A stretch of 64,000 bases of DNA, from assembly GCA_963741205.1 (NCBI GenBank), contig CAVUHW010000010.1, positions 1 to 64,000 of the forward strand, written 5' to 3'. The notes beneath the pieces are model-generated. The model was given only the letters and a program-made list of their open reading frames with translations, did no database searches and was not told the DNA's origin. A program made the position numbers and the translations under genes. Source of the DNA: Nitrospirota bacterium. Lineage in GTDB: Bacteria; Nitrospirota; UBA9217. Shown here piece after piece: positions 46,268-57,215 of the stretch; the stretch's first letter is position 1, and each line of letters opens with the position of its first letter.

Positions 46268-48142
46268 TTATTCCCACGGAAGCTTGAGGAAGACATCCAC
46301 CACCTCCGGGTCGAAATGAATCCCACTCAAGGACTTGATATAGTCGTAGGTCTTATCCACCGGCCAGGCTGGGCGATAGGGCCGGTCGTAGATCAGTGCG
46401 TCGGCGACGTCAATAACCGTGAAGATGCGGGCATGAAAGGGGATTGCTTGTCCCTTGAGGCCCCGGGGATAGCCTGAACCATCCCATTTTTCGTGGTGGC
46501 AATACGGGATGTCTATGGTCGGACGGAGGAATGGGATTGCAGAAAGGAGGTCGAAGGCATAATCGGGATGCCGCCTCAGGATCTCATTTTCCTCCTGCGA
46601 CAGGGGGCCATTTTTTCTCAGTATCGCGTCGGGTATGCACATCTTGCCGATGTCATGGAGTAGAGCGCCCCTCCTCACATTCACGAGATCGTGATCTGCC
46701 ACGCCCATTGCCCGGGCAAGGACCACCGTTTTGTCCGCGACCCTTTCGGTGTGACCGTTGGTGTCTGCATCTCGCAACTCGAGGGTCCGTCCCCACCCCT
46801 CAAGGGTGGCATCATAGGCGAGGATGATTTCCGCGTTGGACCGCTGCAGGCTGTCGTACATGGCTGCGTTATCTATGGCAATGGCGGCCTGGCCGGAGAT
46901 GAGTTCGAGAAAACTCAGCCATTCGGGGTCCGGATTGAACTTTTTCCTATGGAACGTCTCCAGTACGCCCTTGACCTTGCCTTGGGTGATGAGTGGCATG
47001 GCGATATATGCCTCGAACCCCTCTCCCTTGAGCGAAGGGGTCAATATCTCCGAAACATTCGGAATGATAACGGCGCGTCGTTCGTAGGCGGCCTGGCCTG
47101 CATGCCCTTTTCCCATCCGGACATGCGCGTTTTGCGCTAAGGGGTTCCTGAAGCCTCGTCCAGCCGCATAGCCTAGGTAGAGGGTATTCTGGTCAAGGAG
47201 AAGCACATCAGCTGCATCGACGCCCAGGCGGGTAATCAGTTTTTCGAGCAGCACGTTCAGGGTGACCCTGAGATCGAGGCTCGAACTGACGGCGATCTCA
47301 ATGTCCCTGAGTGCTGTCATGTTTTCGAGCTGCCTCCGCGCCGTCTCCTCGGTGCGCTTGCGCTCCGTGATGTCCCGCAATACGCTGATCGCGTGCCATG
47401 CTCCTTTGAAATGCAGAGCGGACATTGAAAGTTCCACCGGGAATTCGGCCCCGTCCTTTCTTAAGGCTGTCACCTCCATCAGTTTGCCTATGAAGGGGCC
47501 TTCTCCGGTCCTGCTGAAATTGAGAAATCCCTTTTGGTAATGATCACGGTAGGCAGCCGGAGCCAAGAGCAGATGCATCTCCCTGCCCAGGATCTCTCGA
47601 CTTGAGTAACCGAACACACGTTCCGCGGCATTATTCCAGAATGCGACTTTTCCTTCCTGATCTATCATGATAATTGCGTCCTGCGCCGATGCGGCCAGTC
47701 CTTTGAATTTTTCTTCGCTGTCCCGAAGGGCCAGTTCCGCCTTACTGCGCTCCCGCCGCTCCTCGGCGACCTGAAGGGAACGGTTTACGGCCGGCACCAG
47801 CCTGGAGAGACGGCTCTTGAGGACATAATCCGTTGCGCCTTGCGTCAGTGTTTCGATGGCGAAGTCCTCGCCCATCGTACCGGATAAAAATACGAACGGG
47901 ACGTCCGGGCACCTTTGTCGGGCCTCGGTCAGTGCCGACAACCCGTCGTAGGTCGGCAAGGTGTAATCGGAGATGATAATCTCGGGAGAAAAGTCCTCGA
48001 TTTCACGCAGGAACGCTTCCCGTGTCCAAACACGCTTCAGGCTGAACAATATGCCGCCCCTTCTCAGTTCGAGCGCCATAAGTTCTGCGTCTTCTTCACA
48101 GTCTTCCAGGCTGAGTATTTTCAATTGCTTCTGTGCGTCCAT
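46268..48142 (-). CDS. REC-PAS-GAF-HD-GYP cyclic di-GMP phosphodiesterase
   Basis: Receiver N-terminus, PAS (WNNAAERVFGYS), GAF, LLHDIGK and HHEKWDGSGYP. Confidence 0.93.
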   Translation of the reverse strand: MDAQKQLKILSLEDCEEDAELMALELRRGGILFSLKRVWTREAFLREIEDFSPEIIISDYTLPTYDGLSALTEARQRCPDVPFVFLSGTMGEDFAIETLTQGATDYVLKSRLSRLVPAVNRSLQVAEERRERSKAELALRDSEEKFKGLAASAQDAIIMIDQEGKVAFWNNAAERVFGYSSREILGREMHLLLAPAAYRDHYQKGFLNFSRTGEGPFIGKLMEVTALRKDGAEFPVELSMSALHFKGAWHAISVLRDITERKRTEETARRQLENMTALRDIEIAVSSSLDLRVTLNVLLEKLITRLGVDAADVLLLDQNTLYLGYAAGRGFRNPLAQNAHVRMGKGHAGQAAYERRAVIIPNVSEILTPSLKGEGFEAYIAMPLITQGKVKGVLETFHRKKFNPDPEWLSFLELISGQAAIAIDNAAMYDSLQRSNAEIILAYDATLEGWGRTLELRDADTNGHTERVADKTVVLARAMGVADHDLVNVRRGALLHDIGKMCIPDAILRKNGPLSQEENEILRRHPDYAFDLLSAIPFLRPTIDIPYCHHEKWDGSGYPRGLKGQAIPFHARIFTVIDVADALIYDRPYRPAWPVDKTYDYIKSLSGIHFDPEVVDVFLKLPWE

Positions 48143-48493
48143 GGATGTTTCACCCTAGTAAGAGCAGCACCCATTGTAAGTTTATCAATATTCACGCACA
48201 ATATCTATTAATTGTCACTGAAACACCCCAGAGAAGCTCTCAAGAGGGCGTTGGAAATGTTTTGTGAAGAGGGGCGAACGTTGAGAAAAGGGAACGGTGA
48301 TCCGGGATTTTTTGTCCAGAGCGAGTCTTAACAGTCTGGCAGGTGATCGTGAAATGAGGTTGTTAGCGGTATGGAAGGATGACAAGGGAGAGACCCGTTC
48401 GGAGGTCCGGCAGGGGGATATCAGCAGTCAAAAAAAGACCCTCCTTGCGTGCCAGAGAGGGTGCTGCGTCTCACCAAAAAAAAATAAATTCAG

Positions 48494-49057
48494 CTAAACC
48501 GTCATGATCTCTTTTTCCTTGTGCACAAGGAAATCATCAATCTTCTTGATATAGCTGTCCGTCGTCTTCTGGATTTCGTCCTGCAGTTTCTTGGTCTCGT
48601 CCTCCGAGACGTGCGCGTCCTTGTCCTTGCTCTTCTTCTTGATCTCGTCGTTCACGTCCCGGCGAATGTTGCGCACGGCGACCCGCGCGTCCTCGGCCAG
48701 TTTCTTGGCGTGCTTCACGATCTGCTGCCTGCGCTCCTCGGTCAGCGAAGGGATGTTCAAGCGGATAATTTTACCGTCGTTCGTCGGCGTGATGCCCACG
48801 TCCGACTTCAAAATCGCCTTTTCGATCTCACCGAGCATCTTCGGCTCCCAGGGCTGGATGGTGATCTGGCGGGGATCGGGTACGGCCATGTTCGCCACCT
48901 GGTTGAGCGGCGTGGGCGTTCCGTAATAGTCCACCACGATGCCGTCGAGCATGCCGAGCGACGCCCTCCCGGTGCGCAGGGTCGCGAGTTCCTTCCGGAG
49001 CGCGTCAAGGGCCTTGCTCATTTTATCTTCTGCTTTCTTCTTCTGCTCGCTAAGCAT
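48494..49057 (-). CDS. frr: Ribosome recycling factor
   Basis: LRTGRAS, VDYYG, LTEERR and VRNIRR. Confidence 0.97.
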   Translation of the reverse strand: MLSEQKKKAEDKMSKALDALRKELATLRTGRASLGMLDGIVVDYYGTPTPLNQVANMAVPDPRQITIQPWEPKMLGEIEKAILKSDVGITPTNDGKIIRLNIPSLTEERRQQIVKHAKKLAEDARVAVRNIRRDVNDEIKKKSKDKDAHVSEDETKKLQDEIQKTTDSYIKKIDDFLVHKEKEIMTV

Positions 49058-49779
49058 TGTTCCTCCCGGTTACGAGCGTCCCGATCGTTTCGCCCAACAC
49101 GATCTTTTTGATGTTGCCGGGGACGTTGAGGTTGAACACGATGATGGGAAGGTTGTTGTCCATGCACAGGGAAATGGCCGTGGCGTCCATGACGCGGAGG
49201 TCCTTCTGCAGCACGTCGATGTAGGTGAGGCGGTCGAACTTGGTGGCGGTTTTGTCCTTCACGGGGTCTGCGCTGTACACGCCGTCCACCTTGGTGGCCT
49301 TCATGATGACCTCGGCCCCGATCTCCATGGCACGGAGAGCCGCCGCGGTGTCGGTCGTAAAGTAAGGGTTGCCGGTGCCTGCCGCGAAGATCACGATGCG
49401 TCCTTTTTCCAGATGGCGCACCGCCCGCCTGCGGATGTAGGTCTCGGCGAGTTCGCGCATTTCTATGGCCGACTGCACCCGGGTCACGATGCCCTTGTTT
49501 TCGAGGACGTTCTGGAGTGCGAGCGCGTTCAAGACCGTGGCCAGCATGCCCATGTAGTCGGCGCTTGCGCGCTCCATGCCCCTGGCGGCCCCGGACAGCC
49601 CCCGGAAGATGTTGCCGCCGCCGATGACGATCGCGATCTCCACCCCGAGTCCGGCGACTTCCCTGACCTCGGACGTGATCGTGTCGAGCACGGCATGGTC
49701 GATGCCGTACCCCTGCTCGCCCATGAGGGCCTCTCCGGAGAGCTTGAGGAGAATGCGTTTGTACTTGGGAGTGCGTCAT
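49050..49779 (-). CDS. pyrH: UMP kinase (indel near the start)
   Basis: [22 protein letters not shown] and [10 protein letters not shown]. Confidence 0.96.
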
Positions 49780-49790
49780 GATAATACCGA

Positions 49791-49872
49791 AGAGATGAGA
49801 GACGATGGACGACGGACGCAATGGCGCGGATCGGTTTTTCTCGTCCCTGCGTCCTGCGTCCGTCGTCCTTCA
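49791..49872. repeat. Inverted heptamer-array element (GGACGA type) between tsf and pyrH
   Basis: gagacgat-ggacgac-ggacgc ... tcgtccc-tgcgtcc-tgcgtcc-gtcgtcc. Confidence 0.7.
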
Positions 49873-49875
49873 TGA

Positions 49876-50760
49876 TTATTTCAGCTGCGCCGCCACTTCC
49901 TCGGCGAAGCTTTCCTTTTTCTTTTCGATGCCCTCGCCGAGCTGGTACCGGACAAACCGGTTGACGACGGCGTCCGCGCCCGCCTTTTTCAAAACGTCCT
50001 TGATCCTCTGCTTGCCGTCGGGGTCCTTGATATAGACCTGGTCGATGAGGCAGGTGTCGGAGTAGAATTTTTCGAGCTTGCCGTCGATGATCTTGCCGAT
50101 CACGGCGGCGGGCTTGCCGGACTCCTTTGCCTGTGCCTCGTAAACGGCGCGCTCGCGGTCGAGCACGTCGGAGGGGACCGTTTCGCGGCTCAGGAACTGC
50201 GGATTTGCGGCGGCAATATGCATGGCGAGGTCCTTGCCGAGCTGTTCGTCGCCGCCGGAATAGTCCACCATGACGCCGATCTTGTTGCCGTGGAGGTATA
50301 CCGCGATCCTGCCGGAGGTCTCGAAAGTCACAAAGCGGCGAATGGCGATATTCTCGCCGATCTTCTGCACCAGGGCATTACGCTTCGCTTCGACGTTCTC
50401 GCCGACCAGGTCGAGCTTGGCGAGCGCAGCCACGTCGAAAGGTTTTCTGGCGGCAACGAGTTCGGCGAGGCCTTTCGCGAACTTCTGGAACTCCTCGTTT
50501 TTTGCGACGAAGTCTGTTTCGCTGTTCACTTCGATCAGGACGCCGGTCTTGCCGCCTCCCTGAACGCTGGAGGCGATCATGCCTTCAGACGCCACGCGCG
50601 CGGACTTCTTGGCCGCAGCGGAAAGCCCTTTCTTTCTGAGGATGTCGACGGCCTTTTCAAAATCGCCGCCGGCCTCTTCCAGGGCCTTTTTCGCTTCCAT
50701 CATGCCGACGCCGGTCTTTTCTCTCAGGTCCTTCACTGCACTTGCAGATATTGTTGCCAT
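49876..50760 (-). CDS. tsf: Elongation factor Ts
   Basis: VKDLREKTGVGMM and EVNSETDFVA. Confidence 0.97.
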   Translation of the reverse strand: MATISASAVKDLREKTGVGMMEAKKALEEAGGDFEKAVDILRKKGLSAAAKKSARVASEGMIASSVQGGGKTGVLIEVNSETDFVAKNEEFQKFAKGLAELVAARKPFDVAALAKLDLVGENVEAKRNALVQKIGENIAIRRFVTFETSGRIAVYLHGNKIGVMVDYSGGDEQLGKDLAMHIAAANPQFLSRETVPSDVLDRERAVYEAQAKESGKPAAVIGKIIDGKLEKFYSDTCLIDQVYIKDPDGKQRIKDVLKKAGADAVVNRFVRYQLGEGIEKKKESFAEEVAAQLK

Positions 50761-50808
50761 TTCTTCAAAAACCCCCTTCTCTATTCATAACGCGTCATTC
50801 CGCATCGC

Positions 50809-51610
<802 letters not shown>

Positions 51611-51619
51611 AATGTCCCT

Positions 51620-51716
51620 CCTTCAGATTTTTACCGCCGCGCCGATCATCCCCCCTGCAGATCCCGATTAAGTACCGGGACACCCTGCCGGGAGTCCTGA
51701 CGCGTGTGGAATGTGA
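51620..51716 (-). promoter_or_regulatory. rpsB 5' leader (probable S2 autoregulatory RNA structure)
   Basis: Minus strand has ACAC near the 5' end and GGGUG downstream, as in known rpsB leaders. The structure was not fully folded by eye. Confidence 0.5.
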
Positions 51717-51911
51717 AATGGCCTTATTTAAGGCGGTCTCTAAACTACCATAGAGCCCGGCGGTTTTCAAGGAAAATTTCTCCCTCCGATGCGTTTTTTG
51801 TCTGGGTCTTTTCTGCGTTTTTTTCGCATTCCTTATATAAACCCGTTGTTTTTCTCATTTCTGCCAAATGACGGGGAAGGCATATCCTATAAAAATCAGC
51901 TATCTGTGGCC

Positions 51912-51927
51912 TGGCATGGTTGATGCA
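51912..51927 (+). promoter_or_regulatory. Sigma-54 (-24/-12) promoter
   Basis: TGGCAT-GGTTG-ATGCA, i.e. GG-N10-GC spacing. Confidence 0.6.
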
Positions 51928-51966
51928 ATTTGATATACTGAAAGAAGATGAAAGGAGGTAACAATC

Positions 51967-52302
51967 ATGAATACTACAATCTCTAGAAAAACGGCATACA
52001 TCGGGGCAGGCGCTGGTCTGGTTCTGTTCGCACTTTTCGGGCTCATGCCGGGCAGCCTGATCGGCGGCGCTGCTGGCATCGGGATCGCCGGCTGGTTCTT
52101 TGGACTGCCGCTGCAGCCCGCGCTCTTGTCACGTATCATTGTTCTGGCATCGATGCTCTTCGGCGTACTGGTGGCGGGCATCGTGATTGTGACTGTCACC
52201 TCTACAACGGGATGGCTCATCGGCAAAGCCCTTGAGGCAGGCGTCCATGCCAAGGAAGCAGGGCAGGAAAAAGGCATGACTAAAGTTGAGGAACGGAAAT
52301 AG
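51967..52302 (+). CDS. Small Gly-rich membrane protein, hypothetical
   Basis: AAAGGAGGT SD; 111 aa, almost entirely hydrophobic, with GxxxG-type motifs. Confidence 0.75.
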   Translation: MNTTISRKTAYIGAGAGLVLFALFGLMPGSLIGGAAGIGIAGWFFGLPLQPALLSRIIVLASMLFGVLVAGIVIVTVTSTTGWLIGKALEAGVHAKEAGQEKGMTKVEERK

Positions 52303-52577
52303 AATTTAGGATAAGGAAGGGGAGCCATTGCGGCTGCCCTCCTCTATGGAGACAGTGCCGTAGGTTGTAAATAGCTGAGCACAAATTCCAGGTCACTCAT
52401 TCCAGGCGGTGAAAAAACACCGCCTTTGTTGTTGTGAATCCACATCAGGTCCCCATCCCACGGAGTTGCTTCACAATATACATGTCTATAATATGTTGAT
52501 ATTTAATTATTTTTTAAATATATTGTTTTAGACGTCCCTTCTGCGGTTTTTTTCATTTCACCAGCTTACAAAAACGC

Positions 52578-52606
52578 TTGACAAAACAGGCGAAATTGTT
52601 TATATT
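52578..52606 (+). promoter_or_regulatory. Sigma70 promoter of rplM-rpsI
   Basis: TTGACA-N17-TATATT. Confidence 0.7.
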
Positions 52607-52648
52607 CGCTTTCCTGATAATAATCAACATATCAACAAGGCGGAAATT

Positions 52649-53080
52649 ATGGGAACTTATTCGGCAAAAAAGGAAGATATTAAGAGAAGCTGGCACGTCG
52701 TTGACGCAAACGGCAAGACCTTGGGTAGGCTCGCGACAGTAGTGGCATCGGTGCTCAAAGGCAAGACCAAGCCTATTTTTACCACACACGTGGACACTGG
52801 CGACTTCGTGATCGTGGTAAATGCGGACAAAATTCACTTGACCGGCAAGAAGCTTGAGCAGAAGGTCTATTACAGCCACTCCGGATATCCCGGTGGACTT
52901 AAATCAATCACCGCGGGCAAGTTGCTCAAGACCAAGCCCGAGGACGTTATAATAAAAGCGGTCGAGGGAATGCTCCCCAAGACCCGGCTGGGCAAACAGA
53001 TGCTCTCCAAACTTAAAGTATATGCGGGGGAAAGCCATCCGCATAGCGCCCAGCAGCCCGTAGAGATGATACTCAAATAA
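52649..53080 (+). CDS. rplM: 50S ribosomal protein L13
   Basis: [21 protein letters not shown] and HSGYPGGLK. Confidence 0.98.
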   Translation: MGTYSAKKEDIKRSWHVVDANGKTLGRLATVVASVLKGKTKPIFTTHVDTGDFVIVVNADKIHLTGKKLEQKVYYSHSGYPGGLKSITAGKLLKTKPEDVIIKAVEGMLPKTRLGKQMLSKLKVYAGESHPHSAQQPVEMILK

Positions 53081-53110
53081 CGATTTGGAAAATAAGGTCA
53101 GGAGGATGTA

Positions 53111-53512
53111 ATGTCAGCGGCAACGGTATCGAGATACTATGCAACAGGCAGGCGCAAGAATTCCATAGCCAGGGTGTGGATGATGCCCGGAAGCGGCAAA
53201 GTCACCATCAATGACAGGCCCATGGACCAGTACTTCGGCAGGGACGTGCTCAAGATGATTATCCGCCAGCCTTTCGAGGTCACCGGTACGGTCGATAAGT
53301 TCGATGTGCTCGTGAGCGTCCTCGGCGGCGGCAACTCCGGCCAGGCCGGCGCCATCAGGCACGGTATTTCCAAAGCGCTTCTTGCCGTTGACGCGGAATC
53401 GCGCGGAAAGCTGCGCAAGGAAGGTCTCCTGACCCGCGACCCCAGAGCCAAGGAACGCAAGAAGTACGGTCAAAAGGGCGCACGCGCCCGGTTCCAGTTC
53501 TCCAAGAGATAA
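53111..53512 (+). CDS. rpsI: 30S ribosomal protein S9
   Basis: [19 protein letters not shown] and QFSKR. Confidence 0.98.
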   Translation: MSAATVSRYYATGRRKNSIARVWMMPGSGKVTINDRPMDQYFGRDVLKMIIRQPFEVTGTVDKFDVLVSVLGGGNSGQAGAIRHGISKALLAVDAESRGKLRKEGLLTRDPRAKERKKYGQKGARARFQFSKR

Positions 53513-53564
53513 GGGATCACATACCTAATCTGAGTTCTCGTTTGTTACAGGCCCTGTTTAGTCG

Positions 53565-53597
53565 AGGGAAGGTAGAGATGCCTTCCCTTTTATTTTG
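53565..53597 (+). terminator. Rho-independent terminator
   Basis: AGGGAAGG-loop-CCTTCCCT followed by a T-run. Confidence 0.65.
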
Positions 53598-53710
53598 TTT
53601 GCAAGCACCGTCGCTGCGTTTTCCTCTGGGTATGCCGTTTTCACCCGTTAAGAAATTATTATTGCCACGAAGTCTGTCGGTAATGTCAGCCGTGGTTGTA
53701 CGTTAATGCT

Positions 53711-54763
53711 ATGACCAGTCCAAACGTAAAGATAGCGATTGTCGGATCGAGCGGCTATACCGGCGGCGAATTGTACCGTCTGCTGCTCCATCACCGCTTC
53801 GCGACAATCACCGCAGTAACGTCGGAAAAATCCGCAGGCCTACCGCTTACGACTATTTTCCCCCATCTCGCAGGGTTAACGGACCTTTTGTGCGAGCCCC
53901 TTGACGCCGAGGCGATAGCAAGGAAGGCCGATTTCATTTTTCTAGCGCTTCCCCATGTGACCGCACAGGACGCGGCTTTCCAGTTTCGCCGACTCGGCAA
54001 AAAGGTTGTGGATCTATCCGCCGATTACCGGCTTACCGATCCGGCGCTTTACGAGAAGTGGTACGAGCATTGCCACCAGTACCCTGAACTTCTGAAACAC
54101 GCCGTGTACGGACTGCCGGAACTGCACCGGGATGAGATCTCAAAGGCGTCGCTCATCGCAAACCCGGGTTGCTATCCCACGGGCGCGATTCTGGGGCTGG
54201 CGCCGCTCGTGAAAAGCGGCGCCATCGACCTCAGGACGATCATCATCGATTCAAAATCAGGGGTCTCCGGCGCGGGCCGCAGCCCGTCGCTCGCGCACCA
54301 TTACCCCGAGGTGAACGAAGGCCTGATGGCGTACAAGATCGGGACCCACCGTCATACGCCGGAGATCGAACAGGAAGTGTCGGCGTTGGCTGGAAAACAA
54401 GTAACGGTTTCCTTCACGCCCCATCTCATTCCCATGAATCGCGGAATCCTGACTACCGTCTACGCTTCATTGAATGCGCCGGCCGATACAGGCAAGGTGC
54501 ATGCCCTGTACCGGGAATTCTACGGGAGCGAACCCTTTGTTCGCGTTCTTGCCCTGGGACAGTTCCCGAACGTGCGGAACGTTCGGGGGGCCAATTTCTG
54601 CGACATCGGCGTGTATGTTGACCCCCGGACCGACAGGGTCGTCGTGGTCACGGCTATCGACAACCTCGTTAAAGGAGCGGCAGGTCAGGCCATTCAGAAC
54701 ATGAACCTGATGATGGGGTATGACGAGCGGGAAGGCCTGATGGCTGCGGGATTGTTTCCGTGA
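53711..54763 (+). CDS. argC: N-acetyl-gamma-glutamyl-phosphate reductase
   Basis: GSSGYTG, DLSADYRL, ANPGCYPT and DNLVKGAAGQA. Confidence 0.97.
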   Translation: MTSPNVKIAIVGSSGYTGGELYRLLLHHRFATITAVTSEKSAGLPLTTIFPHLAGLTDLLCEPLDAEAIARKADFIFLALPHVTAQDAAFQFRRLGKKVVDLSADYRLTDPALYEKWYEHCHQYPELLKHAVYGLPELHRDEISKASLIANPGCYPTGAILGLAPLVKSGAIDLRTIIIDSKSGVSGAGRSPSLAHHYPEVNEGLMAYKIGTHRHTPEIEQEVSALAGKQVTVSFTPHLIPMNRGILTTVYASLNAPADTGKVHALYREFYGSEPFVRVLALGQFPNVRNVRGANFCDIGVYVDPRTDRVVVVTAIDNLVKGAAGQAIQNMNLMMGYDEREGLMAAGLFP

Positions 54764-54839
54764 GGGAAAAGCGGAAACCGGGAAGCAGAAAAACGGTGTT
54801 ACGCTCAAAGTAATTCCATGCTTTTTTTCCTTCAAAGAG

Positions 54840-54941
54840 GTCATCCCTGAAGGTCGATCCCCAATAGAATCGTTCGGGGAAGAATCCGGATTTGGGAACG
54901 GGATTACAATGCCAGATCCCTATGGAAGCATTGGGGATGAC
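54840..54941. repeat. GTCAT/CCCCGAT-family palindromic element between argC and argJ
   Basis: GTCATCCCTGAA...CCCCAATAGAATCGTTCGGGG...GATCCCTATGGAAGCATTGGGGATGAC. Confidence 0.7.
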
Positions 54942-54964
54942 AAAAAAGCGATCGGGGTAAAATC

Positions 54965-56170
54965 ATGAGGACTCTGGATACAAAAAATTTTTTCGTGCCC
55001 GGTTACAAGACATGGGGCATCGCAAGCGGGATCAAAAAAAATGAAAAGAAAGACCTTGCGATCATTTACTCGGACCGTGAGGCCGCAATCGCCGGTGTCT
55101 TTACCAAGAACCGGGTAAAGGCCGCGCCCGTCCTTCTGGACATGGCGAAGGTCAAAGCCGGCAAGGGGCGGGCTATCATCGTCAACAGCGGATGCGCCAA
55201 TGCCTGCACGGGGAAACGCGGCATTACAGACGCCCGCGAGACCGCGGAAACGGCGGCCCGTGAACTCGGCCTGAAACCTGAGGCGGTCCTGGTCGCGTCA
55301 ACCGGTGTTATCGGAGAGTATCTGCCGATGACAAAGGTCAAGACGGGTATCGCTACCGCCGTAGGCCTTTTGACGGGCAGCGGCTGGGAGCAGGCGGCGG
55401 AGGCCATCATGACCACCGATATCTACCCGAAGCTTTCCATCGTGCAAGAGGAACTCGGCGGAAAAACCGTCACCGTTGCCGGCATTGCCAAGGGTTCGGG
55501 CATGATCCATCCGGACATGGCGACTATGCTCTGCTTTATCGTAACCGATGCCGCAATCACGGCGCCGCTGCTCAAGAAAGCGCTGCTGTCATCAGCGGAA
55601 AGATCTTTCAACCTGATCACGGTAGACGGCGACATGAGCACGAACGATACGATCCTCTGCATGGCGAACGGGGCCGCGGGGACCAAGAGAATTGCCGCCG
55701 GCAGCAAGGAATTTAAGAAATTTCAGTCCTGCATGGATGCCGTGACCCGCGCTCTTGCCAGGCAGGTTGTCCGGGACGGAGAGGGCGCGACAAAGTTCGT
55801 GGAGATTGAAGTCAGAAACGCGAAGAATCCCCGTGAGGCCAAGCAGGCGGCGATGACAGTCGCGAAGTCCAGCCTCGTCAAGACGGCGCTTTTCGGAGAA
55901 GACGCAAACTGGGGGCGGATCATGTCCGCGCTGGGTTATTCCGGTGTGGACATGGATGAGGCGAGAACGGACATCCATATCGGCAAGGCAAAAATCGTCG
56001 AGAAAGGCCTGGGCACCGGCAAGGCGGCTGAACGCGAAGCCGCGCTCGCGCTCAAACAGCGTGAGGTCCAGATCATCATCGACCTTCACAAGGGTAAAGG
56101 AAGCGCAACGGTCTGGACCTGCGACATGTCCTACGAATACGTGAAGATAAACGCCGCATACCGAAGCTGA
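54965..56170 (+). CDS. argJ: Bifunctional ornithine acetyltransferase / N-acetylglutamate synthase
   Basis: NSGCANACTG, KGSGMIHPDMATML, DGDMSTND and DGEGATK. Confidence 0.97.
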   Translation: MRTLDTKNFFVPGYKTWGIASGIKKNEKKDLAIIYSDREAAIAGVFTKNRVKAAPVLLDMAKVKAGKGRAIIVNSGCANACTGKRGITDARETAETAARELGLKPEAVLVASTGVIGEYLPMTKVKTGIATAVGLLTGSGWEQAAEAIMTTDIYPKLSIVQEELGGKTVTVAGIAKGSGMIHPDMATMLCFIVTDAAITAPLLKKALLSSAERSFNLITVDGDMSTNDTILCMANGAAGTKRIAAGSKEFKKFQSCMDAVTRALARQVVRDGEGATKFVEIEVRNAKNPREAKQAAMTVAKSSLVKTALFGEDANWGRIMSALGYSGVDMDEARTDIHIGKAKIVEKGLGTGKAAEREAALALKQREVQIIIDLHKGKGSATVWTCDMSYEYVKINAAYRS

Positions 56171-56401
56171 TGGCTCGTTATGGTTCGTGCCGGAACGGGT
56201 GTATTCCCGGCATTGAAACGCGCTGAAAAAGAAACAAAATTTCACTTGACATTCAAGGGTGGACTTGTTAATTATAGTGATTATGCCATTTTTCCTGTAG
56301 GTGAAGTTGTTTTATCATTCCCACGGTTGTCTTTTTTGCGATATCAGATATAAAAATGCAGGTATTACAACGATATGCATCAGGAGGGGGGTGTAGCGAT
56401 A

Positions 56402-56602
56402 GTGCCGAGCATCAGATTGCGGGAAAATGAACCCTTTGAGGCCGCTCTCCGTAGATTTAAAAAAAGCATTGAGAAAGAAGGCGTGCTGTCCGAGGTCAAG
56501 AAGAGAGAGCATTACGAGAAGCCGAGTATAAAGCGAAAGAAAAAGGCATTGGCCGCGCGCAAGAAAGCCGCCAAGACTGCACGCATATACAGGCAAGGCT
56601 AA
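56402..56602 (+). CDS. rpsU: 30S ribosomal protein S21
   Basis: GTG start; [14 protein letters not shown]...REHYEKPS. Confidence 0.95.
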   Translation: MPSIRLRENEPFEAALRRFKKSIEKEGVLSEVKKREHYEKPSIKRKKKALAARKKAAKTARIYRQG

Positions 56603-56678
56603 ACGGTTCCAGGAAGTGGGCAGGCTGTATTGGCATGGCCTCGAGTCAGACGCGATGAGACGAGTGGAGAGAGGCTGA

Positions 56679-57122
56679 ATGGGACTGCGCGAGAAAATCG
56701 ACGCTGATACGAAAGATGCCCTCAAGTCCGGCGCGAAGGAAAAACTCTCGACTCTGCGGATGCTGAACGCCGCACTCAAGAACAAACAGATCGACAAGCG
56801 GCGGTCTCTCACCGAAGAAGAGGTGATGGAGACCGTTCGTTCCCTCATCAAACAGCGGAGGGATTCGGTCGAGCAGTTTGCGAAGGGCGGCCGGCAGGAT
56901 CTCGTAGACAAGGAAACCGCCGAGATAGGCGTGCTCGAATTCTATCTGCCCCAGCAGTTATCTCGCGAAGAGCTTGAGGCGATGGTCCGGGATGCCGTTA
57001 CCAGGACCGCGGCGCAAGGCGCCAAGGACATGGGCAAGGTCATGAAAGCGCTTATTCCCATGGTCGGAGGGCGAGCGGACGGGAAACTGCTGAGCGAGCT
57101 GGTAAAAAATGCGCTGGGATAA
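56679..57122 (+). CDS. GatB/YqeY domain protein
   Basis: KQRRDSVEQF..GGR, YLPQQLS, KDMGKVM and GRADG. Confidence 0.93.
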   Translation: MGLREKIDADTKDALKSGAKEKLSTLRMLNAALKNKQIDKRRSLTEEEVMETVRSLIKQRRDSVEQFAKGGRQDLVDKETAEIGVLEFYLPQQLSREELEAMVRDAVTRTAAQGAKDMGKVMKALIPMVGGRADGKLLSELVKNALG

Positions 57123-57215
57123 CGACCTGGTTCGAGCAGACGGCGTGCCATTCACTTACAACGGAGCGGAACAGGGGGCCATGGAGACGGAGTCCGAGGC
57201 CCCCTGATTTTTTTT

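Noticed and set aside
52432-52476. Rex-like operator TTGTGAA...TTCACAA
   Set aside because: The half-sites are about 30 bp apart rather than 4 bp.
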